This document shows, one piece after another, positions 26,717 through 37,014 of a DNA stretch of 64,000 bases. Origin of the DNA: Planctomycetota bacterium. GTDB lineage: Bacteria; Planctomycetota; PLA2; JAEUHO01. The notes beneath the pieces were generated by a model that was given only the letters and a program-made list of their open reading frames with translations, ran no database searches and had not been told where the DNA came from. The translations under genes were made by a program, and so were the position numbers. The stretch is from the NCBI GenBank assembly GCA_965222115.1, contig CBDCTJ010000007.1, forward strand, positions 832,001-896,000, in the 5' to 3' direction. Within the stretch, counting starts at the first letter, position 1. Every line of letters begins with the position of its first letter.

Positions 26717-29284
26717 TTGCACCGCACGAGTTCTCTAAGCAGCGCTGATTCCTTGAACGGCAGGTTTCACCGATTCGTCCTGGGCGCTCTCTGCCTGTTC
26801 GTCACAGCATGCGGTGCGGGCGGTGGTGGAGGCAGTGGCAGTTCGCGTCCAGTGCCTCCGCCCGAGGGCAACCGCGATGGGCTGCGCGGTGCGGTATTCG
26901 TCGAAGATCTTTTTCTCGGTCGCGCCCACGAGGCCGAACCCAACAACACGCCGGACCAGCCGTTTCATGTGGCGCCGCTCTTCGCAGGCTCTCAGGTTGA
27001 GATTGCGGGCACCATGGGCGAGTCCGATGAGGCCTATGGTGCCGCCGACGCCGACGACGTACTGCGGATTCACTGCGCAAGTGATACCGATGCGCTCATG
27101 GAGCTACGCTGGGACCTGCTGGACCCCATTGGCGGGCTTGACAATGAGATCGAGGCAGAAGTTCGACTTGCCAGCTCGGGGGCGTTGGTCGACACGTTCG
27201 TGCCCACTGCAAACATGTCCACCGTCGCCGTGTCGCTCATGGCCAATGTCCACTACGACATTGTGCTGCATATGGCAAGCGGCCACGCCAGCTACGTATT
27301 GAGCGTCACGTGCAATCGACCGCTTATTCCCAAACCAAGCCTGTCCGCCCAAGAAGCGGCATCGAACGTATCAGTACCGGTAGCGCCGCTCGACAGATGC
27401 GCAACAGAACACGTGCTGGTTCGTTTTCGCGCTACATGTGATCCGCACGAGTTTTGCCAACGGCACGGCTTACATCTTGGTCGTAGACTTGGCACCGGCA
27501 GTTATCTCATTGGCATAGCGCCGGATCCATCGCGTACTGAAGCAGACGTTGCGCGCCTTTGCAAGCGGCTTGCGGCTTACACATCGGATATCGCCCATGC
27601 CGAGCCCGACTGGGTCTTACGCACTCTGTCGATTCCCGATGACCCCCTGTTTCATCGTCAACACAACCTGCGCCAAGTAAGCGCGCCGCCGGCATGGGAC
27701 ATCACCACCGGTGACGCGGGTGTCATCGTTGCGATTATCGATAGTGGCATTACGGCGCATCCCGATCTTGATGATCGCGTGGTAGACGGATACGACTTCG
27801 TGAGCCATCCCGGGCGCGGTGCCGATGGTGACGGTCGCGATCCGGATCCCACCGACATGGGGGACCAAGTGGCCTCATCGGGTTTGTCCACGTGGCATGG
27901 AACGAACGTTGCAGGCGTTGTGGCGGCCACACAAGACAACGGTGTCTTTATCTCGGGTGTTGCGCCGGGCGTGTCGATCATGCCACTGCGTGTGATCGGC
28001 GGGGGCGGCGGCACCGTGAGTGATTCGGTGGATGCGATTCTGTATGCGGCCGGTCTCTTTGAAACGCACGACGGCATGCAGCTTTCGACGCCCGTTGACG
28101 TGATCAATCTATCGTTGGGCTCCACGACCTTTTCGTCAGACCTTCGCGACGCGTGCAATCGCGCGGAAGCGGAAGGCGTCATCGTTGTTGCGGCGGCAGG
28201 AAATGACGGCGGTGCGGTCAACTATCCCGCCGCGTTCGCCTCCGTGATTGCCGTGGGTGCGTGCGATGAACGAAACGACGTGACGAGTTATTCCAGTCGC
28301 GGTCCGGAAATCGAGGTTGTGGCACCGGGCGGTGTCTATGCACACGATCTGAGTGGCGATGGGTGGGTGGATGTGATTCCCACCACATCACCCGATGCCA
28401 CGCTTGAGCCTCAACACCCGTCGGTGATTGGTGTGGCGGGCACGAGTGTGTCGGCGCCGCTCGTCGCGGGTGCTGCCGCGTTGCTGCGATCGCTCGACTC
28501 GACGCTAACGCCTGCACAAGTTCGCGTCTATCTACAGGTGTCGGCGTTTGATCTCGAAACAACGGGTCGCGATGATGCGTCGGGGCACGGCTTGTTGCAA
28601 GTGCATCGTGCCTTGGCTGCGCTGATGGACGATGCGGGTACACCGGTCACGATTCCCGATGCATTGCGCGTGGGGCAACAGAGTGTTTCATTTCCCGGCT
28701 ACATCGGCGTGCGAGACGTGTCGCTCTACAATGACGGCACGGGGCAATTCACACTTGACAGCGTTGACGTTACTACCGACGACGGTTTTCCGTGGTTGAT
28801 CGCAGCGCTTGAAGACGCGGATCCCACAGGGTCAATCAGTCACAAGACGCTTCGCATCGAAGTGGATGGCACGGTGATTCCTCCTACACCCGATACGCGC
28901 TTTAGCGGCGTTGTAACGATCGTGGGCGGTCCGTCCGGCGATGTGCTTGCCCACCTGCGCGTTTCGCTCCTTGGTGACGACCGCTTGCGATTGGGTGCCG
29001 CCATGCAAGTGGCATTGACACCGGCTGACTCCACAATCCCGCTGCGCTCCACACGCGCGCTACCCGACCAGGGCTATCGATACTGGTTCCGCAATATGTC
29101 GTCGGGTGCCTATCGCTTGATTGCGGGGGAGGACGGCGACGGCGACGGGCAAGTGTGTGAGTTTGGCGACGTCTGTGGGTGGTACGGCGGCGTCGCCATA
29201 GATGACGCAATTCCCGTGGACTTCGTTATGGGCCAGCCGCCCGTCGAGGGTCTGCATATCTTCACCGAGGTCTTGGGGCCGTAG
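26717..29284 (+). CDS. S8 subtilisin-like serine protease, lipoprotein
   Basis: Catalytic motifs IIDSG, WHGT, AAAGN, GTSVS; lipobox VTAC plus poly-Gly. Start uncertain (GGAG then TTG at 26717). Confidence 0.9.
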   Translation: MHRTSSLSSADSLNGRFHRFVLGALCLFVTACGAGGGGGSGSSRPVPPPEGNRDGLRGAVFVEDLFLGRAHEAEPNNTPDQPFHVAPLFAGSQVEIAGTMGESDEAYGAADADDVLRIHCASDTDALMELRWDLLDPIGGLDNEIEAEVRLASSGALVDTFVPTANMSTVAVSLMANVHYDIVLHMASGHASYVLSVTCNRPLIPKPSLSAQEAASNVSVPVAPLDRCATEHVLVRFRATCDPHEFCQRHGLHLGRRLGTGSYLIGIAPDPSRTEADVARLCKRLAAYTSDIAHAEPDWVLRTLSIPDDPLFHRQHNLRQVSAPPAWDITTGDAGVIVAIIDSGITAHPDLDDRVVDGYDFVSHPGRGADGDGRDPDPTDMGDQVASSGLSTWHGTNVAGVVAATQDNGVFISGVAPGVSIMPLRVIGGGGGTVSDSVDAILYAAGLFETHDGMQLSTPVDVINLSLGSTTFSSDLRDACNRAEAEGVIVVAAAGNDGGAVNYPAAFASVIAVGACDERNDVTSYSSRGPEIEVVAPGGVYAHDLSGDGWVDVIPTTSPDATLEPQHPSVIGVAGTSVSAPLVAGAAALLRSLDSTLTPAQVRVYLQVSAFDLETTGRDDASGHGLLQVHRALAALMDDAGTPVTIPDALRVGQQSVSFPGYIGVRDVSLYNDGTGQFTLDSVDVTTDDGFPWLIAALEDADPTGSISHKTLRIEVDGTVIPPTPDTRFSGVVTIVGGPSGDVLAHLRVSLLGDDRLRLGAAMQVALTPADSTIPLRSTRALPDQGYRYWFRNMSSGAYRLIAGEDGDGDGQVCEFGDVCGWYGGVAIDDAIPVDFVMGQPPVEGLHIFTEVLGP

Positions 29285-29320
29285 CCCCACCGTCGGACGC
29301 ATTTATGGCAAGATGGCCGC

Positions 29321-29890
29321 ATGAAGATCTATACCCGACGGGGCGACGACGGCTCAACCGGCTTGATCGGTGGCGTGCGTGTAAGCAAGGCGCATCCGCG
29401 CGTGGATGCGTATGGCACGGTGGATGAACTTAACTCCGTACTGGGTTGGGTACGCACCGCTGCGATTCCCGATGCCGTCGATCTGGAATTGGCCCATGCG
29501 CAGGCGTGCCTCTTTGAACTTGGTGCCTCCTTGGCCACACCCGACAAGGCGCCCGCGGGGTGTGATGCACTGCGTGACGACGACATCGATCGATTGGAGG
29601 CTTCCATTGATGTGATGGAAGCATCGCTCGCGCCACTCAAGAGTTTCGTATTGCCGGGAGGAAACGAGGCCGCGTCGAGACTTCATATCGCGCGAACGGA
29701 ATGCCGCCGAGTTGAGCGGTTGTTGGTTGCGCTCGCGGGAACCGAGGCGCTTGATCCCCTTTGCGTCCGATGGATGAATCGTCTATCGGACATGCTGTTT
29801 GTCGCCGCACGCTACGCCAATCACGAGGACGGTGTGGATGATGTCCCGTGGATCGCACGAAGCGATGATGCAGGCACCCATGACGGATAG
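29321..29890 (+). CDS. Cob(I)alamin adenosyltransferase, PduO type
   Basis: KIYTRRGDDGST, AYGTVDELNS, FVLPGG, NRLSD. Confidence 0.95.
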   Translation: MKIYTRRGDDGSTGLIGGVRVSKAHPRVDAYGTVDELNSVLGWVRTAAIPDAVDLELAHAQACLFELGASLATPDKAPAGCDALRDDDIDRLEASIDVMEASLAPLKSFVLPGGNEAASRLHIARTECRRVERLLVALAGTEALDPLCVRWMNRLSDMLFVAARYANHEDGVDDVPWIARSDDAGTHDG

Positions 29891-30884
29891 CCCATCCGGC
29901 AGTGACACGCAATTTCTGTGCGTACCGTGTGAACATCATCGGCTTGTTCGAGTTACGGGCAGCGATGCCACCTCCTACTTACAACGCATGTTGACGCAGG
30001 ATGTCGAATCCATGGCCGTGGGCGAGGTGCGCTACGCCTGTTTTCTGAATCCCAAGGGTCGCACCCTCGGTCTCTTTCGAGTCTGGCGTCATGACGCGTT
30101 TTGGTGGCTCGACGGAGATCTCGAGTCCATGAAAGGCGCGATTCCCGCTCTGGAACGCTATGTCATTACGGATGACGTAACGTTTCAGCGCGAACCGTCC
30201 GATGCGTTTCTCATGCAGCTTATCGGTTCACGAATAGCCGATCACGTTCGAGAGACGTTGTCCAGGGACGTACCTGCACCCGGCACGTTCGTACATGTTT
30301 CGCTCGAAGGCGAAACTGAACTCACGTTTGCCCGCGTTGACATGAGCGCAACCGAACGGTATGTGGCGTGGACCACACTCAGTCCCGACCATGCACTCGC
30401 AACGGCGTGGAGTGAACGAGGCATGGTCATGGGCGAGGCGTCCATGCTCGAGGTGCTGCGCGTGATTGCGATGCATCCGCGCTATGGTCATGAACTTGGC
30501 GAGCACGCGCTGTTCAACGAGGCCTACTTTGACGAAGCCGTGTCGTGGACCAAGGGTTGTTACCCCGGACAGGAACCGGTCACCATGGCGCGCCACCGCG
30601 GGCGCCCCCCGCGTCGTCTTGTGTGCCTTGCGATTCAAGATGAGGCGTGGTCTCAACGCGATACGCTGCTTGTCGATGGGCGTCGCGTTGGCGAGGTCAC
30701 ATCGGTCGTGTTTGTTGCTCCACCCGGCGCCCCACGGCCGGGATTCGCGCTCGCGTTGCTGCAGCACGATCGCGCCATCATTCACCAAGACGTTGAAGGT
30801 GAACACGGGGCGCAGGCGCGTGTAGTATCCGTGCGCGGTGCCGAGGATGCGTCGAGCACCGCCGTGAATGGAGATCCCGCATGA
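29880..30884 (+). CDS. Folate-binding YgfZ/GcvT family protein
   Basis: KGCYPGQE motif. Confidence 0.9.
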   Translation: MTDSPSGSDTQFLCVPCEHHRLVRVTGSDATSYLQRMLTQDVESMAVGEVRYACFLNPKGRTLGLFRVWRHDAFWWLDGDLESMKGAIPALERYVITDDVTFQREPSDAFLMQLIGSRIADHVRETLSRDVPAPGTFVHVSLEGETELTFARVDMSATERYVAWTTLSPDHALATAWSERGMVMGEASMLEVLRVIAMHPRYGHELGEHALFNEAYFDEAVSWTKGCYPGQEPVTMARHRGRPPRRLVCLAIQDEAWSQRDTLLVDGRRVGEVTSVVFVAPPGAPRPGFALALLQHDRAIIHQDVEGEHGAQARVVSVRGAEDASSTAVNGDPA

Positions 30885-31267
30885 CCTCAAAAGAGGACGA
30901 AAAGAAAGCTGCCGCGGAAGCCAAGGCCGCAGCCGAAGCGCGTGTCGCCAACCACGAGTTTGCGTCCCTTCTGTCGCGCGCCATCAAGGCACATCCCGTA
31001 CTCAAGGGTGAAAAGAAACTCCAGATCGACGTCGAAGACGGGCTCCCTAAGCTCTCCGGCACCGTCTTCACGCTCGACATGTATCGCCAACTTATCGAAC
31101 TCTTGAAGCGCCTCGGCGACGAAGACACCCACGTCATCTTCGAAGTCGAACCCGAAATGAAGCCCCCCGCCGCCCGCGAACTCATCGGCAAAGTCCCCGC
31201 CGTCTCTCCCGGCGCCGGCGCAGCCAAACGCAATTTCAGTGTCTACCATTTGCCGCAGCGAGGATAA
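30881..31267 (+). CDS. Hypothetical protein
   Basis: ATGA overlap with the upstream gene, GGAG RBS, strongly biased codons. Confidence 0.75.
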   Translation: MTSKEDEKKAAAEAKAAAEARVANHEFASLLSRAIKAHPVLKGEKKLQIDVEDGLPKLSGTVFTLDMYRQLIELLKRLGDEDTHVIFEVEPEMKPPAARELIGKVPAVSPGAGAAKRNFSVYHLPQRG

Positions 31268-31393
31268 TAGCGCCGGCTGAGTTTCTATGGTCGGCGGCTA
31301 CCGTCTACGGTTAGGTGTGGGGATGTCCCCCCGTGGCCGTAGCGTGTGCCTATGGAGATCGCGGAGGATAATTCCAGCGCAGCCCAGCAAGGG

Positions 31394-33634
31394 ATGCGAT
31401 TCTATGCACACACGAGAGCGGATGCGCCGTCTTCGACTTGGCAGCCACTTGAAGATCATCTTCTTGGTGTAAGCAGGCGGGCCGCCGAGTTCGCATCAAA
31501 GTTTGGGGCTTCTTCTTGGGGTGCTTTGGCGGGGCTGTGGCATGACCTTGGAAAGTACTCACACGAGTTTCAAGCCTACCTAAAGTCCGCGGGTGCAGAT
31601 TCACATCAGGCCGAAGTCATTTCTGGACGCCGCGGCAAGATCGATCACTCGTCCGCTGGATCTCAACATGCGGTAGCGCGGTTTGGTCTGCCGGGGTACC
31701 TACTGGCATTTGTGATCGCCGGTCATCACTCTGGGCTGCATGACGCAATTAGCGGTCAACGCGCTTCGCTTGATACAAGGCTAAAAAAGGACGTTCTGGA
31801 TTGGTCGAGCGCCCCGAGCAGCATTGTGGATCGCGCACGCCCGGAGTTTCCTGATCAGGTCGCGCAGTCAATTCGGCAGTGTAGCGAAGATGGCCTCGCG
31901 GCAGCACTTTGGGTGCGTATGCTCTTCTCATGTCTGATTGACGCAGACCGATTGGACACTGAAGCTTTCTCTACTCCACATGATGCCCTTCTTCGATCTC
32001 CCTGGCCAAGCAACGTCTTGGCTCTATTGAGGCGCGCGCTCGATGACTACGTTGCGCAATTCCCACAGACGCGTAACGTCGTTTCAGAGGCTCGATCTCA
32101 AGTACGTTCCGACTGCTTGAGAGCTGCCGAGAAGGCTCCTGGACTGTTTTCTCTCACTGTGCCGACCGGTGGAGGCAAAACGCTTGCATCACTCGCGTTT
32201 GCCCTCGCCCACGCGCGTAAGCACGGGCTCGATCGAGTCATATACGTTGTCCCTTTTACTTCGATCATCGAACAGACCGCCGCAGAATTTCGCCGTGTGT
32301 TTGCAGGCTGTTCCGAATGGGCTGAGTCTCCCATAATCGAGCATCATAGCAGTTTTGACTCCGGTGAAGAAACGACCTGGAGCAGGCTGGCCACGGAGAA
32401 CTGGGACGCGCCAATCGTAGTGACGACATCGGTTCAATTTTATGAGTCCCTGTTCTCGGCAAAGACATCGCGTTGTCGCAAGTTGCACAACATTGCGCGT
32501 TCCGTAGTGATCCTCGATGAGGTGCAGACGCTACCCGTAGAGTTGCTCGCACCATGTCTCCACTTGCTGCACAGTCTGGCGACATCTTACGGCACGACCG
32601 TGGTTCTATGTACTGCAACGCAGCCTGCGGTCCAGGAGAGAGAGAACTTCCCCATAGGTCTTCGCGACGTTCGCGAAATCTCGTCAGATCCGCGCGGGTT
32701 GTTTGAGGCTCTCGTTCGCGTGCGCGTCGAGCAAGTCGGCTCTCTGGATGATAATGCTCTGGCAACTCAGCTTGAGAGCGAACCTCAGGTGCTCTGCATC
32801 GTGAACACGAGGGATCACGCCAGAGAGCTGTACAAGTGCTTGGGGGAGGCAGGAGAACACCGGCACCTCAGTGCACTGATGTGCCCGGCACATCGTCGCG
32901 CCGAACTCGTACACATTCGACAGCGCTTAAGGGAGGGGCGTGCCTGTAGGCTAGTTTCAACTCAACTTATTGAAGCTGGTGTGGACATCGACTTCCCCTG
33001 CGTGTTTCGTGCCGTAGCGGGATTGGACTCGATCGCTCAGGCGGCCGGACGCTGCAATCGTGAGGGGCGTCTCAATGAACTTGGGCGAGTGTATGTATTT
33101 CGGCCTGATGGCCGACCTCAGCCGCGATTCCTCAGCAACGCAGTCGGGTGCGCAGCACAGGTCTTGGTGGAAGGCGCTGACCCACTTGGCCTCGCTGAGA
33201 TCGAGTCCTTCTTCGAACTCTACTATTGGCGACGCGAGGATCAGTGGGACGCAAGGAACATCGCAGATGACTTTGCCTTCGATCGAAATCCACGAGTTGT
33301 CATGCCCTTTCTGTTCTCATTTCGTGCGGCATCAGAAAAATTCAAGCTGATCGAGAGCACGCAGAAACCTGTTATCATACCTTGGGGCCTTGAGGGCGAG
33401 CGTTTCGTGGATCAACTCCGCCGCGACGGCGATATGCCAAATCGGAGGCTGTTGCGAGACGCGCAGCAGTTTACGGTCCAGGTGCATGAGGCAGCGTGGA
33501 GCCGCGCGCAATCCCGCGGGGTGATCGAGTTGCTCCATGACCGCTACGCCGTGCTGCTCAATTGCGACACCTACTACGACGAAAAGCTCGGGCTTGATCT
33601 TGACGGTTTCGAAGTCAATACCCTTGAGATCTAG
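31394..33634 (+). CDS. cas3: CRISPR-associated helicase/nuclease Cas3 (HD-fused)
   Basis: FYAHT, WHDLGK, LIDAD, PTGGGKT, DEVQ, QAAGRCNR. Confidence 0.97.
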   Translation: MRFYAHTRADAPSSTWQPLEDHLLGVSRRAAEFASKFGASSWGALAGLWHDLGKYSHEFQAYLKSAGADSHQAEVISGRRGKIDHSSAGSQHAVARFGLPGYLLAFVIAGHHSGLHDAISGQRASLDTRLKKDVLDWSSAPSSIVDRARPEFPDQVAQSIRQCSEDGLAAALWVRMLFSCLIDADRLDTEAFSTPHDALLRSPWPSNVLALLRRALDDYVAQFPQTRNVVSEARSQVRSDCLRAAEKAPGLFSLTVPTGGGKTLASLAFALAHARKHGLDRVIYVVPFTSIIEQTAAEFRRVFAGCSEWAESPIIEHHSSFDSGEETTWSRLATENWDAPIVVTTSVQFYESLFSAKTSRCRKLHNIARSVVILDEVQTLPVELLAPCLHLLHSLATSYGTTVVLCTATQPAVQERENFPIGLRDVREISSDPRGLFEALVRVRVEQVGSLDDNALATQLESEPQVLCIVNTRDHARELYKCLGEAGEHRHLSALMCPAHRRAELVHIRQRLREGRACRLVSTQLIEAGVDIDFPCVFRAVAGLDSIAQAAGRCNREGRLNELGRVYVFRPDGRPQPRFLSNAVGCAAQVLVEGADPLGLAEIESFFELYYWRREDQWDARNIADDFAFDRNPRVVMPFLFSFRAASEKFKLIESTQKPVIIPWGLEGERFVDQLRRDGDMPNRRLLRDAQQFTVQVHEAAWSRAQSRGVIELLHDRYAVLLNCDTYYDEKLGLDLDGFEVNTLEI

Positions 33635-33643
33635 GAGACGTTT

Positions 33644-34375
33644 ATGACTCAGACTGTTCGCCTAATCGTATGGGGAGACTATGCTTCATTCAATCGTCCG
33701 GAGATGAAGGTGGAGCGCGTGTCCTATGAAGTCATGACACCAAGCGCGGCCCGCGGCGTCCTCGACGCAGTCTATTGGAAGCCGCAGATGTATTGGCATG
33801 TGGATAAGATTCATGTACTGCGGCCTATTCGGGTGACGCATGTTCGGCGGAATGAGATTTCAGCTACGATTCCGGTGGGAGGCGCTGCGGGAGTGCGGGC
33901 CGCAGTGCGTGGCAAAGTCAAGCGCATGGGAATTACGGTAAGTGACCATCGACAGCAACGCGCAGGGCTCATCTTGAAAGACGTTGCCTATGGCATCGAA
34001 GCGCGCCCCATCGTACTCGATGCAACCGCTCCAGATGGTGCAGTACTCGCGAACGCTGCTCGAAAGCACGCTGCTGTCTTTGAGCGGCGCGCTTCCAGGG
34101 GGCAGTGCTTTCATAGGCCCTACCTTGGAACTCGCGAGTTTCCCGCACATTTCAAGTTGGCATCGGAATTCCCCGATCCGCCTGAAGAGTTGCGGGGAAC
34201 TCGAGTGCTTGGTCGCATGTTGCATGACCTCGAATACACGGAGGATCCGAAGGGTCCCATCATCGAGTCAAGCCGCGGCTGTCGCTTGCGTGCCACGCCG
34301 CGCTTTTTTGATGCAACGCTTCACGATGGCGTACTCACGATTCCACGCGCCACTTGGCGTGGAGTGACTCCATGA
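33644..34375 (+). CDS. cas5: Type I-C Cas5 (Cas5d)
   Basis: RPEMKVERVSYEVMTPSAARG, PYLGTREF. Confidence 0.97.
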   Translation: MTQTVRLIVWGDYASFNRPEMKVERVSYEVMTPSAARGVLDAVYWKPQMYWHVDKIHVLRPIRVTHVRRNEISATIPVGGAAGVRAAVRGKVKRMGITVSDHRQQRAGLILKDVAYGIEARPIVLDATAPDGAVLANAARKHAAVFERRASRGQCFHRPYLGTREFPAHFKLASEFPDPPEELRGTRVLGRMLHDLEYTEDPKGPIIESSRGCRLRATPRFFDATLHDGVLTIPRATWRGVTP

Positions 34376-36147
34376 TTCTCAATGCGCTGCACGACCTGTT
34401 CAACCGCCTAGAGTCCGACGAGGCATACGGTATTCCGGCGCGAGGTTGGAGTATTCAGAAGGTCGGATTCAGCGTTGTCTTGAACCGAGATGGGAGTCTA
34501 TTTGATATTCAGCTCATCGGAAGCATGGAGCGTAACCGCCTGCGCCCTAGACCAATGGCCGTGCCTGGAGTTGCGAAGCCGTCAGGCTCCGGCATTAATC
34601 CTTGCTTCTTGTGGGACAACTCAGCGTACATGCTCGGATGGAAGCGCGATGACAAGAGGCCTGAGCGAACTCAGGAGTGTTTCTCGGCGTTTCGGGAGCG
34701 CCATCGCGCGATACGCAATGAGATAGGAAGCGATAGTTTCGCAACTGTGTGCCAATTTCTATCAGCATGGAATCCTGCGAGTGCGGTAGACCATGAGGCA
34801 CTTTCCGTGGCGAGTTCGGCGTTTGGCGTCTTCCAGATTCGCGGCGAACGCGCTTTCGTTCACGAAGATCCTCAGGTTCGAGCCTGGTGGGATCAACAGG
34901 TGACTTCGATGTGCGACGAGGGAGAGACTTTTGAGTGCTTACTAACGGGCGTTCAGGCTCCCGTAGCGAAGACCCATCCGAAGATTAAGGGCGTGGTTGG
35001 CGCCCAATCTTCTGGTGCCGTCATCGTAGGTTTTAATTCCTATGCATACGAGTCGTATGGATTCGTTCAGGGAGAAAACGCACCCGTCTCGCGAGAGGCA
35101 GCGCGCCGCTACACTGCCGCACTAAATGCGCTACTGGATGGACCATGTCGCGCGAAGCATTGCATCCGACTTGCGGACTCGACCATCGTCTTCTGGACGG
35201 ACCGTCCTACGCTGGTCGAAGATGCCTTTGCCGCATTTGCGGGCGCGTCATCCACCAAGTCAGAGGACAGTGCTCAGGACGAGGGAGTTCGTCGTCGCCT
35301 TGAAGCGTTTCTTGTCGCCTTGCGAGAAGGGCGTAGCGAATACAAGACACTGGGCGCAGACCCAGAGGAGACGCAGTTTCATCTCTTGGCACTCTCTCCA
35401 AGTGCGGCGCGCATATCGGTTCGTTTCTACCTTCGAAGCTCGCTCGCTTCAATGCTGGAGAATCTGCGCAAGCACTACTTGGATGTTCGATTAGTTCGCA
35501 ACGACGAACGAGCAAGGCGTGTTCCCGAGCATATTCCAATTTGGCTCTATCTGGCACAATGCGCCCGCGAGAGTAAGGATGTTCCGCCCATACTAGAGGG
35601 GGCCTTTCTCCGCTCAGTACTTACTGGTTGCGCCTATCCAACGGCGGTCTACTTGGCGGTACTTCGACGCATTCGGGCAGATCGAAAGATTGACCTAGTG
35701 CGCGCATCGCTCATCAAGGGCGTGCTCGTGCGCAACTACGGACGGGAGGATATCATGGTACTGGACGTCAGTAGGGTGGAGCCAGCGTACCTGTTAGGGC
35801 GACTCTTCTCTGCATTGGAAAAGACGCAGTTGGACGCCTTGGGAGATGTTAACGCATCCATCAGAGATCGATACTACGGCGCCGCGTCGACGACGCCGCG
35901 AAGCGTCTTTCCTCGCCTATTGCGCATCTACCAGCATCATCTCGGAAAGCTCAGCGGTGGACGGAGAGTGAATCGCGAAAGACTCGTGCAACAGATCGTC
36001 GCCGAGCTGAGTACGTTTCCGCCTCATCTTGATCTCGAAAATCAAGGTCTCTTTGCCCTGGGCTATTACCACCAGACAAGTTCCTTTTATACACCTCGCG
36101 ATAACACCGCGCACAATACAGACGCAGATGCAGGGAGAGCTTTATGA
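34372..36147 (+). CDS. cas8c: Type I-C large subunit Cas8c/Csd1
   Basis: MILNAL, FLWDNSAY, SPSAARISVRF, YLLGRLF, FALGYYHQ. Confidence 0.96.
   Translation: MILNALHDLFNRLESDEAYGIPARGWSIQKVGFSVVLNRDGSLFDIQLIGSMERNRLRPRPMAVPGVAKPSGSGINPCFLWDNSAYMLGWKRDDKRPERTQECFSAFRERHRAIRNEIGSDSFATVCQFLSAWNPASAVDHEALSVASSAFGVFQIRGERAFVHEDPQVRAWWDQQVTSMCDEGETFECLLTGVQAPVAKTHPKIKGVVGAQSSGAVIVGFNSYAYESYGFVQGENAPVSREAARRYTAALNALLDGPCRAKHCIRLADSTIVFWTDRPTLVEDAFAAFAGASSTKSEDSAQDEGVRRRLEAFLVALREGRSEYKTLGADPEETQFHLLALSPSAARISVRFYLRSSLASMLENLRKHYLDVRLVRNDERARRVPEHIPIWLYLAQCARESKDVPPILEGAFLRSVLTGCAYPTAVYLAVLRRIRADRKIDLVRASLIKGVLVRNYGREDIMVLDVSRVEPAYLLGRLFSALEKTQLDALGDVNASIRDRYYGAASTTPRSVFPRLLRIYQHHLGKLSGGRRVNRERLVQQIVAELSTFPPHLDLENQGLFALGYYHQTSSFYTPRDNTAHNTDADAGRAL
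35755..36147 (+). CDS. cas11: Cas11c small subunit, internal in-frame start within cas8c
   Basis: GGGAGG RBS 5 nt before an in-frame ATG at 35755; 130 aa starting MVLDVSRVEPAYLLGRLF. Confidence 0.75.
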   Translation: MVLDVSRVEPAYLLGRLFSALEKTQLDALGDVNASIRDRYYGAASTTPRSVFPRLLRIYQHHLGKLSGGRRVNRERLVQQIVAELSTFPPHLDLENQGLFALGYYHQTSSFYTPRDNTAHNTDADAGRAL

Positions 36148-37001
36148 ACCGGTACGACTTCGTCCTTGTCTTCGACGCCAAAGACGCCAATCCCAATGGT
36201 GATCCAGATGCAGGCAATTTGCCGCGGGTAGATCCCGAAACGGGGCATGGTCTCGTTACAGACGTCTGCCTTAAGCGAAAAATTCGCAACTACGTGGCGC
36301 TGACTCGCTCAGACTCTCAGGGACACGGGATCTATTTCAGCGACGGCGCCATTCTAAATAGGTTGCATGAGCAGGCATGGAAGCACATCGGCGAGAAGCC
36401 GTCCAAAGACTTACCAAAGGACGTTGAAAAGGCGCGCGCTTTGACCCAGTTCATGTGCGACAATTTCTATGACATTCGAACATTTGGCGCCGTGATGGGT
36501 ACAAGCGTTAATTGTGGTCAGGTGCGAGGTCCGGTTCAGATGTCGTTTGCCCGCTCGATCGAGCCGGTCGTTGCCAGCGAGCACGCGATCACTCGCAATT
36601 CGGTAACGAGTGAAAAGGAGGCAAAGAACAAGAGTCGCACCATGGGTCGCAAGTTCACCATTCCCTATGGACTCTATCGAGCGCACGGGTTCGTAAATCC
36701 GTTTCTAGCGGCGCAGACGGGATTTTCGGATGAAGATTTAGGACTTTTGTGGGAGTCCCTGGTCGGGGCGTTTCAGTTCGATCAGTCCGCCGCGCGACCA
36801 GCAGGCAGTATGGCTGTACGAAGGCTCGTCATTTTCGAGCACGCCTCGCAACTCGGAAGTGCGCCCTCACACGAACTACTCGATCGAGTCAAGATCGAGC
36901 GAAGGGCGGGCTGTGAGATCCCACGAAGTTTTGGCGATTTCGAGCTTGAAATTGACGACGCGAACTTGCCGGAGAGTGTCCGAGTACATCAGCTTCCGTA
37001 G
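36144..37001 (+). CDS. cas7: Type I-C Cas7/Csd2
   Basis: NPNGDPDAGNLPR, TDVCLKRKIRNY, DIRTFGAV. Confidence 0.97.
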   Translation: MNRYDFVLVFDAKDANPNGDPDAGNLPRVDPETGHGLVTDVCLKRKIRNYVALTRSDSQGHGIYFSDGAILNRLHEQAWKHIGEKPSKDLPKDVEKARALTQFMCDNFYDIRTFGAVMGTSVNCGQVRGPVQMSFARSIEPVVASEHAITRNSVTSEKEAKNKSRTMGRKFTIPYGLYRAHGFVNPFLAAQTGFSDEDLGLLWESLVGAFQFDQSAARPAGSMAVRRLVIFEHASQLGSAPSHELLDRVKIERRAGCEIPRSFGDFELEIDDANLPESVRVHQLP

Positions 37002-37014
37002 CGGAGCGCGAGAC

